Source of the DNA: Pecten maximus
Lineage: Eukaryota
Direction: 5' to 3'
NCBI RefSeq assembly: GCF_902652985.1
Contig: NC_047024.1
Location: 14,632,001 to 14,696,000, forward strand
Length of the DNA stretch: 64,000 bases
Part shown: piece by piece, positions 1 to 14,859 of the stretch
Layout of the letters: the number at the start of each line of letters is the position of its first letter
How positions within the stretch are numbered: the first letter of the stretch is position 1
Position numbers and translations under genes: made by a program
Notes under the pieces: model-generated
Told to the model about the DNA's origin: nothing
Databases searched by the model: none
What the model saw: the letters and a program-made list of their open reading frames with translations, nothing else

Positions 1-3000
1 ATAGGACTACAGCTCTGACAGAGTAAACAGTATCCCAATAGGACTACAGCTCTGACAGATAAACAGTATCCCAATAGGACTATAGCCCTGACAGAGTAAA
101 CAGTATCCCAATAGGACTACAGCCCTGACAGAGTAAATAGTATCCCAATAGGACTACAGCTCTGACAGAACAGTACCCCAATAGGACTACAGCCCTGACA
201 GAGTAACAGTATCCCAATAGGACTACAGCCCTATGCCAGAGGTAACAGTATCCCCAATAGGACTACAGCCCTGACAGAGTAAACAGTATCCCAATAGGAC
301 TACAGCCCTGACAGAGTAAACAGTATCCCAATAGGACTACAGCCCTGACAGAGTAAACAGTATCCCAATAGGACTACAGTCCTGACAGAGTAAACAGTAC
401 CCCAATAGGACTACAGCCCTGACAGAGTAAACAGTATCCCAATAGGACTACAGCCCTGACAGAGTAAACAGTACCCCAATAGGACTACAGTCCTGACAGA
501 GTAAACAGTACCCCAATAGGACTACAGCCCCGACAGAGTAAACAGTATCCCAATAGGACTACAGCTCTGACAGAGTAAACAGTATCCCAATAGGACTACA
601 GTCCTGACAGAGTAAACAGTATCCCAATAGGACTAGAGCCCTGACAGATAAACAGTATCCCAATAGGACTACAGTCCTGACAGATAAACAGTATCCCAAT
701 AGGACTACAGCCCTGACAGAGTAAACATTATCCAAATAGGACTACAGCCCTGACAGATAAACAGTATCCCAATAGGACTACAGTCCTGACAGAGTAAACA
801 GTACCCCAATAGGACTACAGCCCTGACAGAGTAAACAGTACCCCAATAGGACTACAGCCCCGACAGAGTAAACAGTATCCCAATAGGACTACAGCCCCGA
901 CAGAGTAAACAGTATCCCAATAGGACTACAGCCCTGACAGAGTAAACAGTACCCCAATAGGACTACAGCCCCGACAGAGTAAACAGTATCCCAATAGGAC
1001 TACAGCCCCGACAGAGTAAACAGTACCCCAATAGGACTACAGCCCCGACAGAGTAAACAGTATCCCAGTAGGACTACAGCCCTGACAGAGTAAACAGTAC
1101 CCCAATAGGACTACAGCCCCGACAGAGTAAACAGTATCCCAATAGGACTACAGCCCCGACAGAGTAAACAGTATCCCAATAGGACTACAGCCCCGACAGA
1201 TAAACAGTATCCCAATAGGACTACAGCACTGACAGAGTAAACAGTACCCCAATAGGACTACAGCCCCGACAGAGTAAACAGTATCCCAATAGGACTACAG
1301 CCCTGACAGAGTAAACAGTATCCCAATAGGACTACAGCCCTGACAGAGTAAACAGTACCCCAATAGGACTACAGCCCCGACAGAGTAAACAGTATCCCAA
1401 TAGGACTACAGCCCTGACAGAGTAAACAGTACCCCAATAGGACTACAGCCCCGACAGAGTAAACAGTATCCCAATAGGACTACAGCTCTGACAGAGTAAA
1501 TAGTATCCCAATAGGACTACAGCCCTGACAGAGTAAACAGTATCCCAATAGGACTACAGCCCCGACAGATAAACAGTATCCCAATAGGACTACAGCCCCG
1601 ACAGAGTAAACAGTATCCCAATAGGACTACAGCCCTGACAGAGTAAACAGTATCCCAATAGGACTACAGCTCTAACAGAGTAAACAGTATCCCAATAGGA
1701 CTACAGCCCTGACAGAGTAAACAGTATCCCAATAGGACTACAGCCCTGACAGAGTAAACAGTATCCCAATAGGACTACAGCTCTAACAGAGTAAACAGTA
1801 CCCCAATAGGACTACAGCCCTGACAGAGTAAACAGTATCCCAATAGGACTACAGCCCCGACAGAGTAAACAGTATCCCAATAGGACTACAGCCCTGACAG
1901 AGTAAACAGTATCCCAATAGGACTACAGTCCTGACAGAGTAAACAGTATCCCAATAGGACTACAGCCCTGACAGAGTAAACAGTACCCCAATAGGACTAC
2001 AGCCCTGACAGAGTAAACAGTACCCCAATAGGACTACAGCTCTGACAGAGTAAACAGTATCCCAATAGGACTACAGCTCTGACAGAGTAAACAGTATCCC
2101 AATAGGACTACAGTCCTGACAGAGTAAACAGTATCCCAATAGGACTACAGTCCTGACAGAGTAAACAGTATCCCAATAGGACTATAGCCCTGACAGAGTA
2201 AACAGTATCCCAATAGGACTACAGCTCTAACAGAGTAAACAGTATCCCAATAGGACTACAGCCCTGACAGAGTAAACAGTATCCCAATAGGACTACAGCC
2301 CTGACAGATAAACAGTATCCCAATAGGACTACAGCCCTGACAGATAAACAGTATCCCAATAGGACTACAGTCCTGACAGAGTAAACAGTATCCCAATAGG
2401 ACTACAGTCCTGACAGAGTAAACAGTATCCCAATAGGACTACAGCTCTAACAGAGTAAACAGTATCCCAATAGGACTACAGCCCTGACAGAGTAAACAGT
2501 ATCCCAATAGGACTACAGTCCTGACAGAGTAAACAGTATCCCAATAGGACTACAGTCCTGACAGAGTAAACAGTATCCCAATAGGACTACAGTCCTGACA
2601 GAGTAAACAGTATCCCAATAGGATTACAGCCCTGACAGAGTAAACAGTATCCCAATAGGATTACAGCCCTGACAGAGTAAACAGTATCCCAATAGAACTA
2701 CAGCCCTGACAGAGTAAACAGTATCCCAATAGGACTACAGCTCTGACAGAGTAAACAGTATCCCAATAGGACTACAGCTCTGACAGAGTAAACAGTATCC
2801 CAATAGGACTACAGTCCTGACAGAGTAAACAGTATCCCAATAGGACTACAGCCCTGACAGAGTAAACAGTATCCCAATAGGACTACAGCTCTGACAGAGT
2901 AAACAGTATCCCAATAGGACTACAGCCCTGACAGAGTAAACAGTATCCCAATAGGACTACAGCCCCGACAGAGTAAACAGTATCCCAATAGGACTACAGT

Positions 3001-5106
3001 CCTGACAGAGTAAACAGTATCCCAAGAGGACTACAGTCCTGACAGAGTAAACAGTATCCCAATAGGACTACAGCCCTGACAGAGTAAACAGTACCCCAAT
3101 GGGACTACAGCCCTGACAGAGTAAATAGTATCCCAGATAGGACTACAGCCCTGACAGAGTAAACAGTATCCCAATAGGACTACAGCTCTGACAGAGTAAA
3201 CAGTATCCCAATAGGACTACAGCCCCGACAGAGTAAACAGTATCCCAATAGGACTACAGCCCTGACAGAGTAAACAGTACCCCAATATGACTACAGCTCT
3301 GACAGAGTAAACAGTATCCCAATAGGACTACAGTCCTGACAGAGTAAACAGTACCCCAATAGGACTACAGCTCTGACAGAGTAAATAGTACCCCAATAGG
3401 ACTACAGCTCTGACAGAGTAAACAGTATCCCAATAGGACTACAGCCCTGACAGAGTAAACAGTATCCCAATAGGACTACAGCCCTGACAGAGTAAACAGT
3501 ATCCCAATAGGACTACAGCCCTGACAGAGTAAACAGTATCCCAATAGGACTACAGCCCTGACAGAGTAAACAGTATCCCAATAGGACTACAGCCCTGACA
3601 GAGTAAACAGTATCCCAATAGGACTACAGTCCTGACAGAGTAAACAGTATCCCAATAGGACTACAGCCCCGACAGATAAACAGTATCCCAATAGGACTAT
3701 AGCCCTGACAGATAAACAGTATCCCAATAGGACTACAGCCCTGACAGAGTAAACAGTATCCCAATAGGACTACAGTCCTGACAGAGTAAACAGTATCCCA
3801 ATAGGACTACAGCCCCGACAGATAAACAGTATCCCAATAGGACTATAGCCCTGACAGATAAACAGTATCCCAATAGGACTACAGCCCTGACAGAGTAAAC
3901 AGTATCCCAATAGGACTACAGCTCTGACAGAGTAAACAGTATCCCAATAGGACTACAGCCCTGACAGAGTAAACAGTATCCCAATAGGACTACAGCCCTG
4001 ACAGAGTAAACAGTACCCCAATAGGACTACAGCCCCGACAGAGTAAACAGTACCCCAATAGGACTATAGCCCGGACAGAGTAAACAGTATCCCAATAGGA
4101 CTACAGTCCTGACAGATAAACAGTATCCCAATAGGACTACAGCCCTGACAGATAAACAGTACCCCAATAGGACTACAGCTCTGACAGAGTAAACAGTATC
4201 CCAATAGGACTACAGCCCTGACAGAGTAAACAGTATCCCAATAGGACTACAGTCCTGACAGAGTAAACAGTATCCCAATAGGACTACAGCCCTGACAGAG
4301 TAAACAGTATCCCAATAGGACTACAGCCCTGACAGAGTAAACAGTATCCCAATAGGACTACAGCCCTGACAGGGTAAACAGTACCCCAATAGGACTACAG
4401 CCCTGACAGAGTAAACAGTATCCCAGTAGGACTACAGTCCTGACAGAGTAAACAGTATCCCAATAGGACTACAGCTCTGACAGAGTAAACAGTATCCCAA
4501 TAGGACTACAGCCCCGACAGAGTAAACAGTACCCCAATAGGACTACAGTCCTGACAGAGTACAGTATCCCAATAGGACTACAGTCCTGACAGAGTACAGT
4601 ATCCCAATAGGACTACAGCCCTGACAGAGTAAACAGTATCCCAGTAGGACTACAGCCCTGACAGAGTAAACAGTATCCCAATAGGACTACAGCTCTGACA
4701 GAGTAAACAGTATCCCAATAGGACTACAGCCCCGACAGAGTAAACAGTATCCCAATAGGACTACAGCCCTGACAGAGTAAACAGTATCCCAATAGGACTA
4801 CAGCCCTGACAGAGTAAACAGTATCCCAATAGGACTACAGCCCTGACAGAGTAAACAGTATCCCAATAGGACTACAGCCCTGACAGAGTAAACAGTATCC
4901 CAATAGGACTACAGCCCTGACAGAGTAAACAGTATCCCAATAGGACTACAGCCCTGACAGAGTAAACAGTATCCCAATAGGACTACAGCCCTGACAGAGT
5001 AAACAGTATCCCAATAGGACTACAGCCCTGACAGAGTAAACAGTATCCCAATAGGACTACAGCCCTGACAGAGTAAATAGTATCCCAATAGGACTACAGC
5101 CCTGAC
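1..5106. repeat. Minisatellite array, 37-bp unit (ATAGGACTACAGCCCTGACAGAGTAAACAGTATCCCA), roughly 138 copies, truncated by the window start
   Basis: Unit read directly. Variants occur at a few positions (gccc/gctc/gtcc, tatc/tacc, gagt/gat). The array ends at ...cagccctgac|tcggg near 5106. Confidence 0.97.
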
Positions 5107-5700
5107 TCGGGTGTACTAAGAATGGTAGTAAGAATTTGGATAAAGGCTTAGTAGAACAACAACTCCAGCGAGTAATATAACGTTATTTATTAGGATTATT
5201 TTGAAGTTGAGGAATCCAAAACAAGCGAGGTAGAATCCACATCCTTCTCACTTTTGGAAGTTTTGAAATATTGAATATAGAAGAATGATTGGTCAGTATT
5301 TCCTCTTTAGAAAAATCGGGCAATGTATAGGTAGGGCTTTCAAACAAGCCTGTTTACAGACTAACAACTGCAGTTAGTAAATGTTTGGACATTTTACAGA
5401 TTGAACCAGAAATAATTATGGTTTATTAAAAGATAGGCAATGACAACCATGTTTGTTCCATTCAATCCTCTCCCAAGTCTGATACAGGAATTTTCAATCT
5501 TTATTTCCAGTGTAATTGCAGACTATTTCCTGCGTTGGTAAGTATTGATAGGATAAACTTCTTTTTTTTCTATTTTTAGCAAAAATGTAACAATAATTAA
5601 GTAAATTTTCATATATGACAGGCAGCATGGATACATTGATTATTGGATAGTTTTGTTGATTTTATTAGTTTATCTTTATTTTCTTTAGGGAATGAATAAT

Positions 5701-6676
5701 AACAAGAGCCCCATGGGCCTTAAATGTCAGCTTTGTTTTGATATATTTTAGCATATTTGACCCCTGGGACCTTGAATGAAGGTTTTGTCATTCATTTGAA
5801 CAATCGCCCTTTACCAATGATTGCTACAAACCAAATATCAGGTACCTGGGCCTCTTGGTTATCAAGAAGAAGTTGTTGAAAGATTTTAGCATACTTAACC
5901 CCTGTGATCTTCGAAAGTCAAGGACATCCGTTTGATCAAACTTTGTAGCCCTTCATCCCATCATGCTGCAAACCAAATATCAGGTCTCTTGGCGATTGGT
6001 TCTCAAAAAGAAGATGTTTAAAGATTTCAGCATAGTTGACCCCTGTGACCTTGAATGAAGGTCAATGTCAATTATTTGAAAAAACTTGGAAGCCCTTCAT
6101 CCAAGCATGCTACAGACCTAATATTGGGTCTTTGGGCCTCTTGGCTATCAAAAAGGAGTTGTTTAAAGATTTTAGCATAGTTGACCCCTGTGACCTTGAA
6201 TGATGGTCAATGTCAATCACTTGAACAAACTTGTAAGCCCTTCGTCCCAGCATGCTACAGACCTAATATTGGGTCTTTGGGCCTTTTGGCTATCAAAAAG
6301 AAGTTGTTTAAAGATTTCAGCATAGTTGACCCCTGTGACCTTGAATGAAGTTGAAGGTCATCCATTTGAAGAAACTTGGTAGCCCTTTATCCCAGCATGC
6401 TACAGATCTAACATTGGGTCTCTGGGCCTTTTGGTTATAAAAAAGAAGTCGTTTAAAGATTTTAGCATATTTGACCCGTGACCTTGAATGAAGTTCATGG
6501 TCATCCATTTGAACAAACTTTGTAGCCCTTCATCCCAGCATGCAAAGACCCAATATCAGGTCTCTGAGCCTGTTGGTAACTGAGAAGATGTTGAAAATGT
6601 AAATAGTTAAGAGGCACAACACGCGAAAAGTCGATCGCAATAGGTCAACAGAGACTTCATCTCAGATGACCTAAAA
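5701..6676 (-). mobile_element. Helentron/DINE-1-like non-autonomous element with internal ~145-bp tandem repeats
   Basis: Begins AACAAGAGCCCCATGGGCCTT (reverse complement of the 3' hairpin plus CTTGTT end) and ends TCAGATGACCTAAAAA (reverse complement of the TTTTAGGTCA.CTGA start). The internal motif TTGACCCCTGTGACC recurs at 6036, 6181 and 6326. Confidence 0.75.
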
Positions 6677-7232
6677 AATAATATTCTCCTTAATTACATA
6701 TATTGTATGTTAAGACTATCTCTTTAAAAGAAATTCAAGAAACATAGGTATATTATACATGTTCATATTTAATGTACTGCTGACAGTAATCTATATACAA
6801 TTGATGTAAAAATGTGAATATTTTACTTACACAATATTTCAATTGTAAGTGCATTTTGAAGAAGTTTAACTTGTGAAAGATGAAATTTTTTGTTCATCAA
6901 AAACTTCTTTAAAGAAATTTTAGATTTGAAGAAAATATAAGCAAAACAGATCTAAGCATCAGCTTAATTGTTTGTTTTTGTTTTCAAATGTAAAACTTGC
7001 TACATTGCCAATAGCTCATTTTTATCACAGATAATCAAATTTGACACGATACTAGTAACTCCATCCAGAAAAGCATGAATATGTTGTTATTTTTCTGTTT
7101 CATCAGTTTTTCAGTAGGATCCAATATTGTATTTGATTCCCCGAGTATCTCCAGGACACAATGTGTATAAATATCCTCAATACCCTACTTAGTTTGTAAG
7201 GTCATGATTGGCTGTTGATTGGCTCAGTTTGT

Positions 7233-10200
7233 TCATGGTTTCCAGGTGATCACTTTGACAGCGATAGTGGCAGCTTTGACAACAGCAGGTATGGGGTCCA
7301 ACATTCGAGCTTTGATCTGTAAAATACATAACAAATATAATAAATATTGTCAACAATCTGAGACCAAGATCCGATAACAATAGTCTGAATACTCATTCAA
7401 GAATTATATTCTGGAATGTTTGTACTTAAACAATCAAACTTGATTACTAGGTCATGGAATGGTAAAATAACACAAAAAAGGAATGTACATGTACCTTAAT
7501 CTACAACTCAATAATAGGGTTATACATGTATATCCCGCTGTAAAAGGAAGATGTTTATTTGGGTAAGGTTTTCTTCAAATATTGTACATTCTTTTAACAA
7601 TACTGTGACAAATGGATGAATTACATGTATGTGTATACCTTGTTTTACATTACGCGGGCTATACACCAATGCAGATAATACACAGGACATTGTTGTAGTA
7701 ATTGTACCAAGAATGTAATTTTGGCCTGATTTCTCTTTCTTCATCAACTTGATTTATTAACAATATACTGATTGAAAACTTGGCTTTCAGAATTACTACC
7801 AGGTACTCTTCTTTTTAAGATTCATTTAATTTATTAATGTAAAATCTGTACCTTTTCAACATGGTTAAGTAAAACCTTCCTCCCCTCTGGTGCCTCGGAT
7901 AAACAGGTAAGGGCCTAGAACAGAAAACCAAAATATTTAAAATCTGGAGAGATAAATGTCTTGTATATATACCTAAATAAATGGTGTAAAATTGGTGAAC
8001 TGGTTAATACACAGATAATTCTATACATCATTACATTTTTGTGTCCCAAAAAACTTGCAGTAGTGAGTTTTCCCCTGCTATACAGCCAACTGTTGGTCCA
8101 CAAAATGTAATGATTTGGCTATTCTCATTTAATTTGTTTACAGGGTGTGAAAACACCTATAATTAATACCTCCATAAAATGACTGGGGCATAAAAAGTGA
8201 AGTACTTAGGAATAATTCACAATGAGGCTATACCTGTGTAGTTTGAGGTAGCATTACTTACCTGGATATATTCAGTAATATGTAGGGTTAGCAGTAATAG
8301 GATTTTTTTTTTAATTTTGAGAGAAATGATTGGAGATTGCTTAAAGATATAAACATTTCCTTGCATTAAGCATTGTCCCTTTAAACTCACACCAATAAAC
8401 AGAGAGTTGTGTAAAGATATACGGAGAGTAGTTCATGGTTTTAAACAGAGAAAAACATCTCACCTTTAAAGCATTGAGCCGAACCTCACTGGTGTCATCA
8501 TCCACCAGCTTTACTAGGGGTTCTATGGCCTTGGCATTGTTGATTGCTGTGTACTTCCCTTTTGTGGTTATAGATATACTGTAAACAAGTGGACAGCATA
8601 TATTACAACTGATGACTATCAAGTATTACTAATCCAAAACAAAAGTTAATCTTCACTAAGAAATTTATCACTGTTATCAGGGTTAAAAATCTACTGAAGT
8701 ACAGGATAACTGTCGGTGATCATTGTCTTTTGTTACAATAAACTTACGTCATAAGGGCACCAGCAGCATTAGCTCGCACATCTGCGATGGGGTCAGATAA
8801 AAGCTTGACCAGAGCGGGGACGGAGTTCACCTCCACTGCTTTGTTCTTCCCATCCAATGGCACACTAACAAAAAATATGGTAACTTTTACACACACCTCC
8901 AACACAATGAATCTTTTAGTTTTAATGTATTTGTAGATTTTTTTAATAATTAAAAAATACTCTAGGCTTTGATTAAAGAAAGGGCAAAAAATGTAACGTG
9001 TTTCAACAAATTCAATTCAATTCAATTTGTATTAACTATTTAAACATTTTGCAACAAAAAGGAGTTAACCTTCTTCTAAAAGCTACAACCAGTTGTGCAG
9101 CTTGAATATTACTTCTGAAATAATCATATTTCAATACCTCAGGTCCATGATGTCTCTGGCTGCTTTGGCTCTGATGACCGGTGAATGGTGGTCAGCCAGT
9201 TTTGTAAAAGTTTCCATGGCATTGGCCTTCAGAGCTTCCTCTGTGTCCACCCTCATACAGTAATGCAGTGTGTCTAATATACAAACCTATAGAGATACAC
9301 AAAAATGTTACTTATAAATCACACTTAGGGTACTCTCCCAATGACAGACCAAACCACTGATGTTGGGAAGGAATAGGGTCAGAATGAGGAAGTACTGAGG
9401 ATTTTTATCTGGTATCACAACACACTGGTAATTCAGCTTTTTCTTTCAATGACACAGGTACAAATCTTTGTTTGTATTTGAACTCTAATTTACTGACTGT
9501 TGGAAGATTCCGGCTGAAAGCATGTGCATGTCTTCAACTCACCTTAATTTGTTCTAATTCAAGAGATAATTTCTTCACTAAAATTGGGATTAATTTGGCC
9601 GTCACTATCCCTTCTGCTCCTGTGGGATGACAAAGAGACAGATTGATACATTCATTATATAACTTACATGTCCCAGCTGTTCAAAACTTTTGATATTTAA
9701 AATCAATCAATTTCCCAATGGTATATTCTATCTTATACATTTCTGTTTTTGTAGTCAAGCTATTTTTTCCTTCAACACCTGCGTTCTCAGTAAATATATA
9801 TATGTTTCATTATTTTTTTTCATACAAAAAATAATCATACAACGTTTCTAGTAATTGGCATCTGGTTTGAACTTCAAGAGCGTTTTATGGGTATTCATGA
9901 TGTATTTCACTTCTGTATTATGATGCCATACAGATTACAATGTTCTCCATAGTGTACTATGATGTCATACAGATACCAATGTACCTGATTGTGTACTACG
10001 ATGTCATAAAAATACCATTGTACCTGATTGTGTACTACGATGTTATAAAAATAACAATGTACCTGATTGTGTACTATGATGTCAAACAGATACTAATGTA
10101 CCTGATTGTGTACTATGATGTCATACAGATACCATTGTACCTGATTGTGTACTATGATGTCATATAGATACCATTGTAACTGATTGTGTACTATGATGTC

Positions 10201-13200
10201 ATGCAGATACTATTGTACCTGATTGTGTACTATGATGTCAAACAGATACTGATGTACCTGATTGTGTACTATGATGTCATACAGGTACCATTGTACCTGA
10301 TTGTGTACTATGATGTCATACAGATACCATTGTATCTGATTGTGTACTAGGATGTCATACAGATACCATTGTACCTGATTGTGTACTATGATGTCATACA
10401 GATACCATTGTACCTGATTGTGTTCTATGATGTCATACAGATACCATTGTACCTGATTGTGTACTATGATGTCATACAGATACCATTGTACCTGATTGTG
10501 TACTATGATGTCATACAGATACCATTGTACCTGATTGTGTACTATGATGTCATACAGATACCATTGTACCTGATTGTGTACTAGGATGTCATACAGATAC
10601 CATTGTACCTGATTGTGTACTATGATGTCATACAGATACCATTGTAACTGATTGTGTACTAGGATGTCATACAGATACCATTGTACCTGATTGTGTACTA
10701 GGATGTCATACAGATACCATTGTAACTGATTGTGTTCTATGATGTCATACAGATACCATTGTACCTGATTGTTTACTATGATATCATAGATACCATTGTA
10801 CCTGATTGTGTACTATGATGCCATACAGATTACAATGTTCTCCATTGTGTACTATGATGTCATACAGATACCATTGTACCTGATTGTGTACTATGATGTC
10901 ATACAGATACCATTGTACCTGATTGTGTACTATGATGTCATACAGATACCATTGTACCTGATTGTGTACTATGATGTCATACAGATACCATTGTAACTGA
11001 TTGTGTAATATGATGTCATACAGATACCACTGTACCTGATTGTGTAATATGATGTCATACAGATACCATTGTACCTGATTGTGTACTATGATGTCATACA
11101 GATACCATTGTACCTGATTGTGTACTATGATGTCATACAGATACCATTGTACCTGATTGTGTACTATGATGTCATACAGATACCATTGTACCTGATTGTG
11201 TACTATGATGTCATACAGGTACCATTGTACCTGATTGTGTACTAGGATGTCATACAGATACCATTGTACCTGATTGTGTACTATGATGTCATACAGGTAC
11301 CATTGTACCTGATTGTGTACTATGATGTCATACAGATACCATTGTACCTGATTGTGTACTATGATGTCATACAGGTACCATTGTACCTGATTGTGTACTA
11401 TGATGTCATACAGGTATCATTGTACCTGATTGTGTACTATGATGTCATACCGATACCATTGTACCTGATTGTGTACTATGATGTCATACAGATACCATTG
11501 TACCTGATTGTGTACTATGATGTCATACAGATACCATTGTACCTGATTGTGTACTATGATGTCATACAGATACCATTGTACCTGATTGTGTACTATGATG
11601 TCATACAGATGTCATACAGATACCATTGTACCTGATTGTGTACTATGATGTCATACAGATACCATTGTACCTGATTGTGTACTAGGATGTCATACAGATA
11701 CCATTGTACCTGATTGTGTACTATGATGTCATACAGATACCATTGTACCTGATTGTGTACTATGATGTCATACAGATACCATTGTACCTGATTGTGTACT
11801 ATGATGTCATACAGATACCATTGTACCTGATTGTGTACTATGATGTCATACAGGTACCATTGTTCCTGATTGTGTACTATGATGTCATACAGATACCATT
11901 GTACCTGATTGTGTACTATGATGTCATACAGATACCATTGTACCTGATTGTGTACTATGATGTCATACAGGTACCATTGTTCCTGATTGTGTACTATGAT
12001 GTCATACAGATACCATTGTACCTGATTGTGTACTATGATGTCATACAGGTACCATTGTACCTGATTGTGTACTATGATGTCATACAGATACCATTGTACC
12101 TGATTGTGTACTATGATGTCATACAGGTATCATTGTACCTGATTGTGTACTATGATGTCATACCGATACCATTGTACCTGATTGTGTACTATGATGTCAT
12201 ACAGATACCATTGTAACTGATTGTGTACTAGGATGTCATACCGATACCATTGTACCTGATTGTGTACTATGATGTCATACAGATACCATTGTAACTGATT
12301 GTGTACTAGGATGTCATAAAGACAACATTATATGTGATTGTGTACTATGATGCCATATGTCATACAGACAATATTATACTTGATTGTGTATTATGATGAC
12401 ATCCATATAACATTAGACTTGCTGTTTATATGATGTCATATAATGTACTAGTCACTAGTGTTTGAAAGTTACACTGTCATAATATAATTTTGATATTGAT
12501 GAATTTTGATAATTCAATAATAACTTAGTCACTTGGTGATTGATATCATAAAGACATTTGCAGGTAGTTAATTTTGTTGTCCTTGTAAAATTTGAACATA
12601 CCTGGGGGTGTTTCTGATATCATTTGAATGGCCATGTGAGCGTTTTTTCTTGCAGCATCTTCTTTATCATCAAACAACTTTGATATAGGAATAATAATTT
12701 CATGATCAAGAAAGGCATCTCTTCCAATGGCATGACCTGTTAAAAAGAGAGAAAATGTTACAAAGACAGTATCACTTTTTCTTAGAACAGAAACAAAAGT
12801 CTAACAGAAACAAAAGACTAACATATTGTAGAAACATAAGTATGCATAAAGCATATGTTTTAGCATCAAAATCTAATTTTCAAACATTTAAAATATATAC
12901 CATTTCTTCATCAACTTACCACCAATCACATATAGAGATTCTGTTGCTTTTTGTCTCACTGTGATATCCTCATCTGTAAGCAGCTTTTTCAAACTTTCTG
13001 CAATTCCTTGAATTAAACAAAAAATATACCAATTATTGCTAATATGTAGACATATTTCAAAATATAACTCACCATCATAATACATCTTTGTGAAATAGAG
13101 CAGTGTAAACTCAAAGCTGTGAAACATACAATGAACCCAATTATATGATATATGGTAGTCCAAATTATCCCTAACTTTAATCAACTGATGTTTCTTAGTC

Positions 13201-14175
13201 TATTGTCAAAATTAATTGGCAGAGGGTAAAAAAGGCCAATTAATGTATTGTCAGAATAATTAAGACTAACCATACTGTAGAACACACTTCAAAGACTCAA
13301 TTGCATGAGTTGTCCAGGTTTAAGTTTTTTTTGGGGCGTGTAGCACTGCAGACAGAGCTTGGAGGTAAATGCTTTGTCAGTAGTTGTGTGAATGATTAGT
13401 GTGCTCTGTTTGGGGTGATAGGTGTGATGTATTGGGATAATAAGTGTGCTGTATTGGGGTCACACCGGGTGATAGGTGTGGCATGTTGAGGGTGTTAATT
13501 GTGGTGCATTTTGGTGATAAATGTGGTTTATGGGGTGATAAGTGTGGCATTTCGGGGTGATAAGTGTAGTGTATTGGTGTGATAAGAGTGGTGTGGTCAG
13601 TTTGGTGTATTTGGGGTGATAAGTGTGGTGTATTGGGGCTCATATAAGTATGGTGTATTTGGGTGCTAATTAAGCGTCTAACCATTTTATCAGCTCAAGT
13701 TTAATGAGATGAGTCTTACCACACCGAAGCGCTTCAGCAATGTGTTCAGGGTCATGTAAAAAATCACATAGTGACATAACAGCCCTCTGTCGTGTAAGTA
13801 AGGTGGTGTCATTAAGCTCACGATTCTACAAAAAATATTTTTATTCAATGAATTAATACACCTCACAGTAAACAAAAATATGCAAAATTGCACTGTATAT
13901 CAAATTCAACAGGTTATATAAATAAAATTTACTGATAATTGAATTTGAATATGAACAAAAATATAAAAACCAAACGAGTTGAATAACTGTTATCTGTTGA
14001 TCACAAGATCACGGTGATCTCTCAGACTCAGTAACTTTGGTACATTGTACATATGTAAACAACTTTCGCTTTGTCAACTTACGAGTCTCGGTAAAGCTCT
14101 ATCACCAAACGCATATGGAGTCCTTGTTGTGTCTATCTGTGGAGGATATAAAGGAGATATGACGGCGTGTGCCAT
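7233..14175 (-). CDS. RSPH14: Radial spoke head protein 14 homolog (armadillo-repeat ciliary protein, RTDR1), 10 coding exons, ~341 aa
   Basis: Exons 14083-14175, 13720-13825, 12920-13006, 12602-12736, 9543-9619, 9138-9286, 8748-8864, 8464-8578, 7852-7914, 7233-7316. All are GT-AG and phase-consistent (1026 nt). The protein MAHAVISPLYPPQIDTTRTPYAFGDRALPRL..RQRAVMSLCDFLHDPE..VRANAAGALM..TTKGKY..RLNALKALTCLSEAPEGRK..VITWKP matches RSPH14 motifs (recalled human AYGHRALPKL, LCDLMHDPE, NAAGALM, LAEAPEGRK, IEFKP). Confidence 0.95.
9915..12440. repeat. Minisatellite array, 39-bp unit (GTGTACTATGATGTCATACAGATACCATTGTACCTGATT), inside RSPH14 intron 4
   Basis: Unit read directly. The core is homogeneous and the edges are degenerate. 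It produces spurious YLIVYYDVIQIPL ORFs because 39 is a multiple of 3. Confidence 0.97.
13405..13670. repeat. Degenerate ~20-bp tandem repeat (GGGGTGATAAGTGTGGTGTATT-like) in RSPH14 intron 2
   Basis: Recurring ggtgata(a/g)gtgtgg motif. Confidence 0.7.
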
Positions 14176-14277
14176 GGTCACAGTTTTTTTTTAGTTTTCA
14201 CACCTTATAACACTGTATGTATCTTATGTTTATCACTGTAATGATCTCACACTTCCATATCCCCACTTCCGAGTCTA

Positions 14278-14302
14278 GTTTCCACGGCGACACGCATGCG
14301 CA
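14278..14302. promoter_or_regulatory. RFX X-box-like site (GTTTCCACGGCGAC) next to an NRF1-like site (ACGCATGCGCA), in the RSPH14/PRR19-like bidirectional promoter
   Basis: Motifs at 14278-14291 and 14292-14302, about 100 bp upstream of the RSPH14 ATG. X-boxes are typical of ciliary gene promoters. Confidence 0.6.
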
Positions 14303-14859
14303 GTGGGAACATTTTATTTTCTCGTGGAGCTTTTATTTTCGTAAATGTTTATCAACTTCTTTATTTTGTTTTGTTCAGTACATTTCTAATAATTGAACTT
14401 ACAATCGATTAGTAAAAGTATTATTGCATTCAAATACAATACCATCCAACTAAATATCTTTACGTAAATACTCACTTAGCCATATTTTCGCACTTTAAAT
14501 GGCCATAAGCGGGGAGATATGATTCATTTCAGACAGGATTCGAAGTGGAAATGTAGTCTCGGAGACGTTAGCAGTCAGTTAAGCATATAAGAAATGTCAG
14601 TTAGTTTAAAGATATAGTTAACATCTATTCATAAGAGCTTATTCGCATGTGGTGTTGTGACGTATGTGGAGATTACACAAATCATTGTTTGAAGAAAAAA
14701 ATATCTGACGTTTTTGTGGCGAGTGCAACATACATAGCATGTCAAATGTTCTGGAGGTGTTTACTTCTTACATTGTTAAAATAACTTTCAATGTAGAAGA
14801 TACTATATCTAAGCCTTGGGCTTTATGGTCAAAGTACGTTTTAAGATATAACTATTAAT

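Noticed and set aside
1-5106. 37-bp repeats resembling a CRISPR repeat length
   Set aside because: Units are directly adjacent with no unique spacers, there are no cas genes, and the context is eukaryotic.
9940-12216. ORFs encoding YLIVYYDVIQIPL repeats
   Set aside because: Translation of an intronic 39-bp minisatellite, antisense to RSPH14, with scattered stops and mostly TTG starts.
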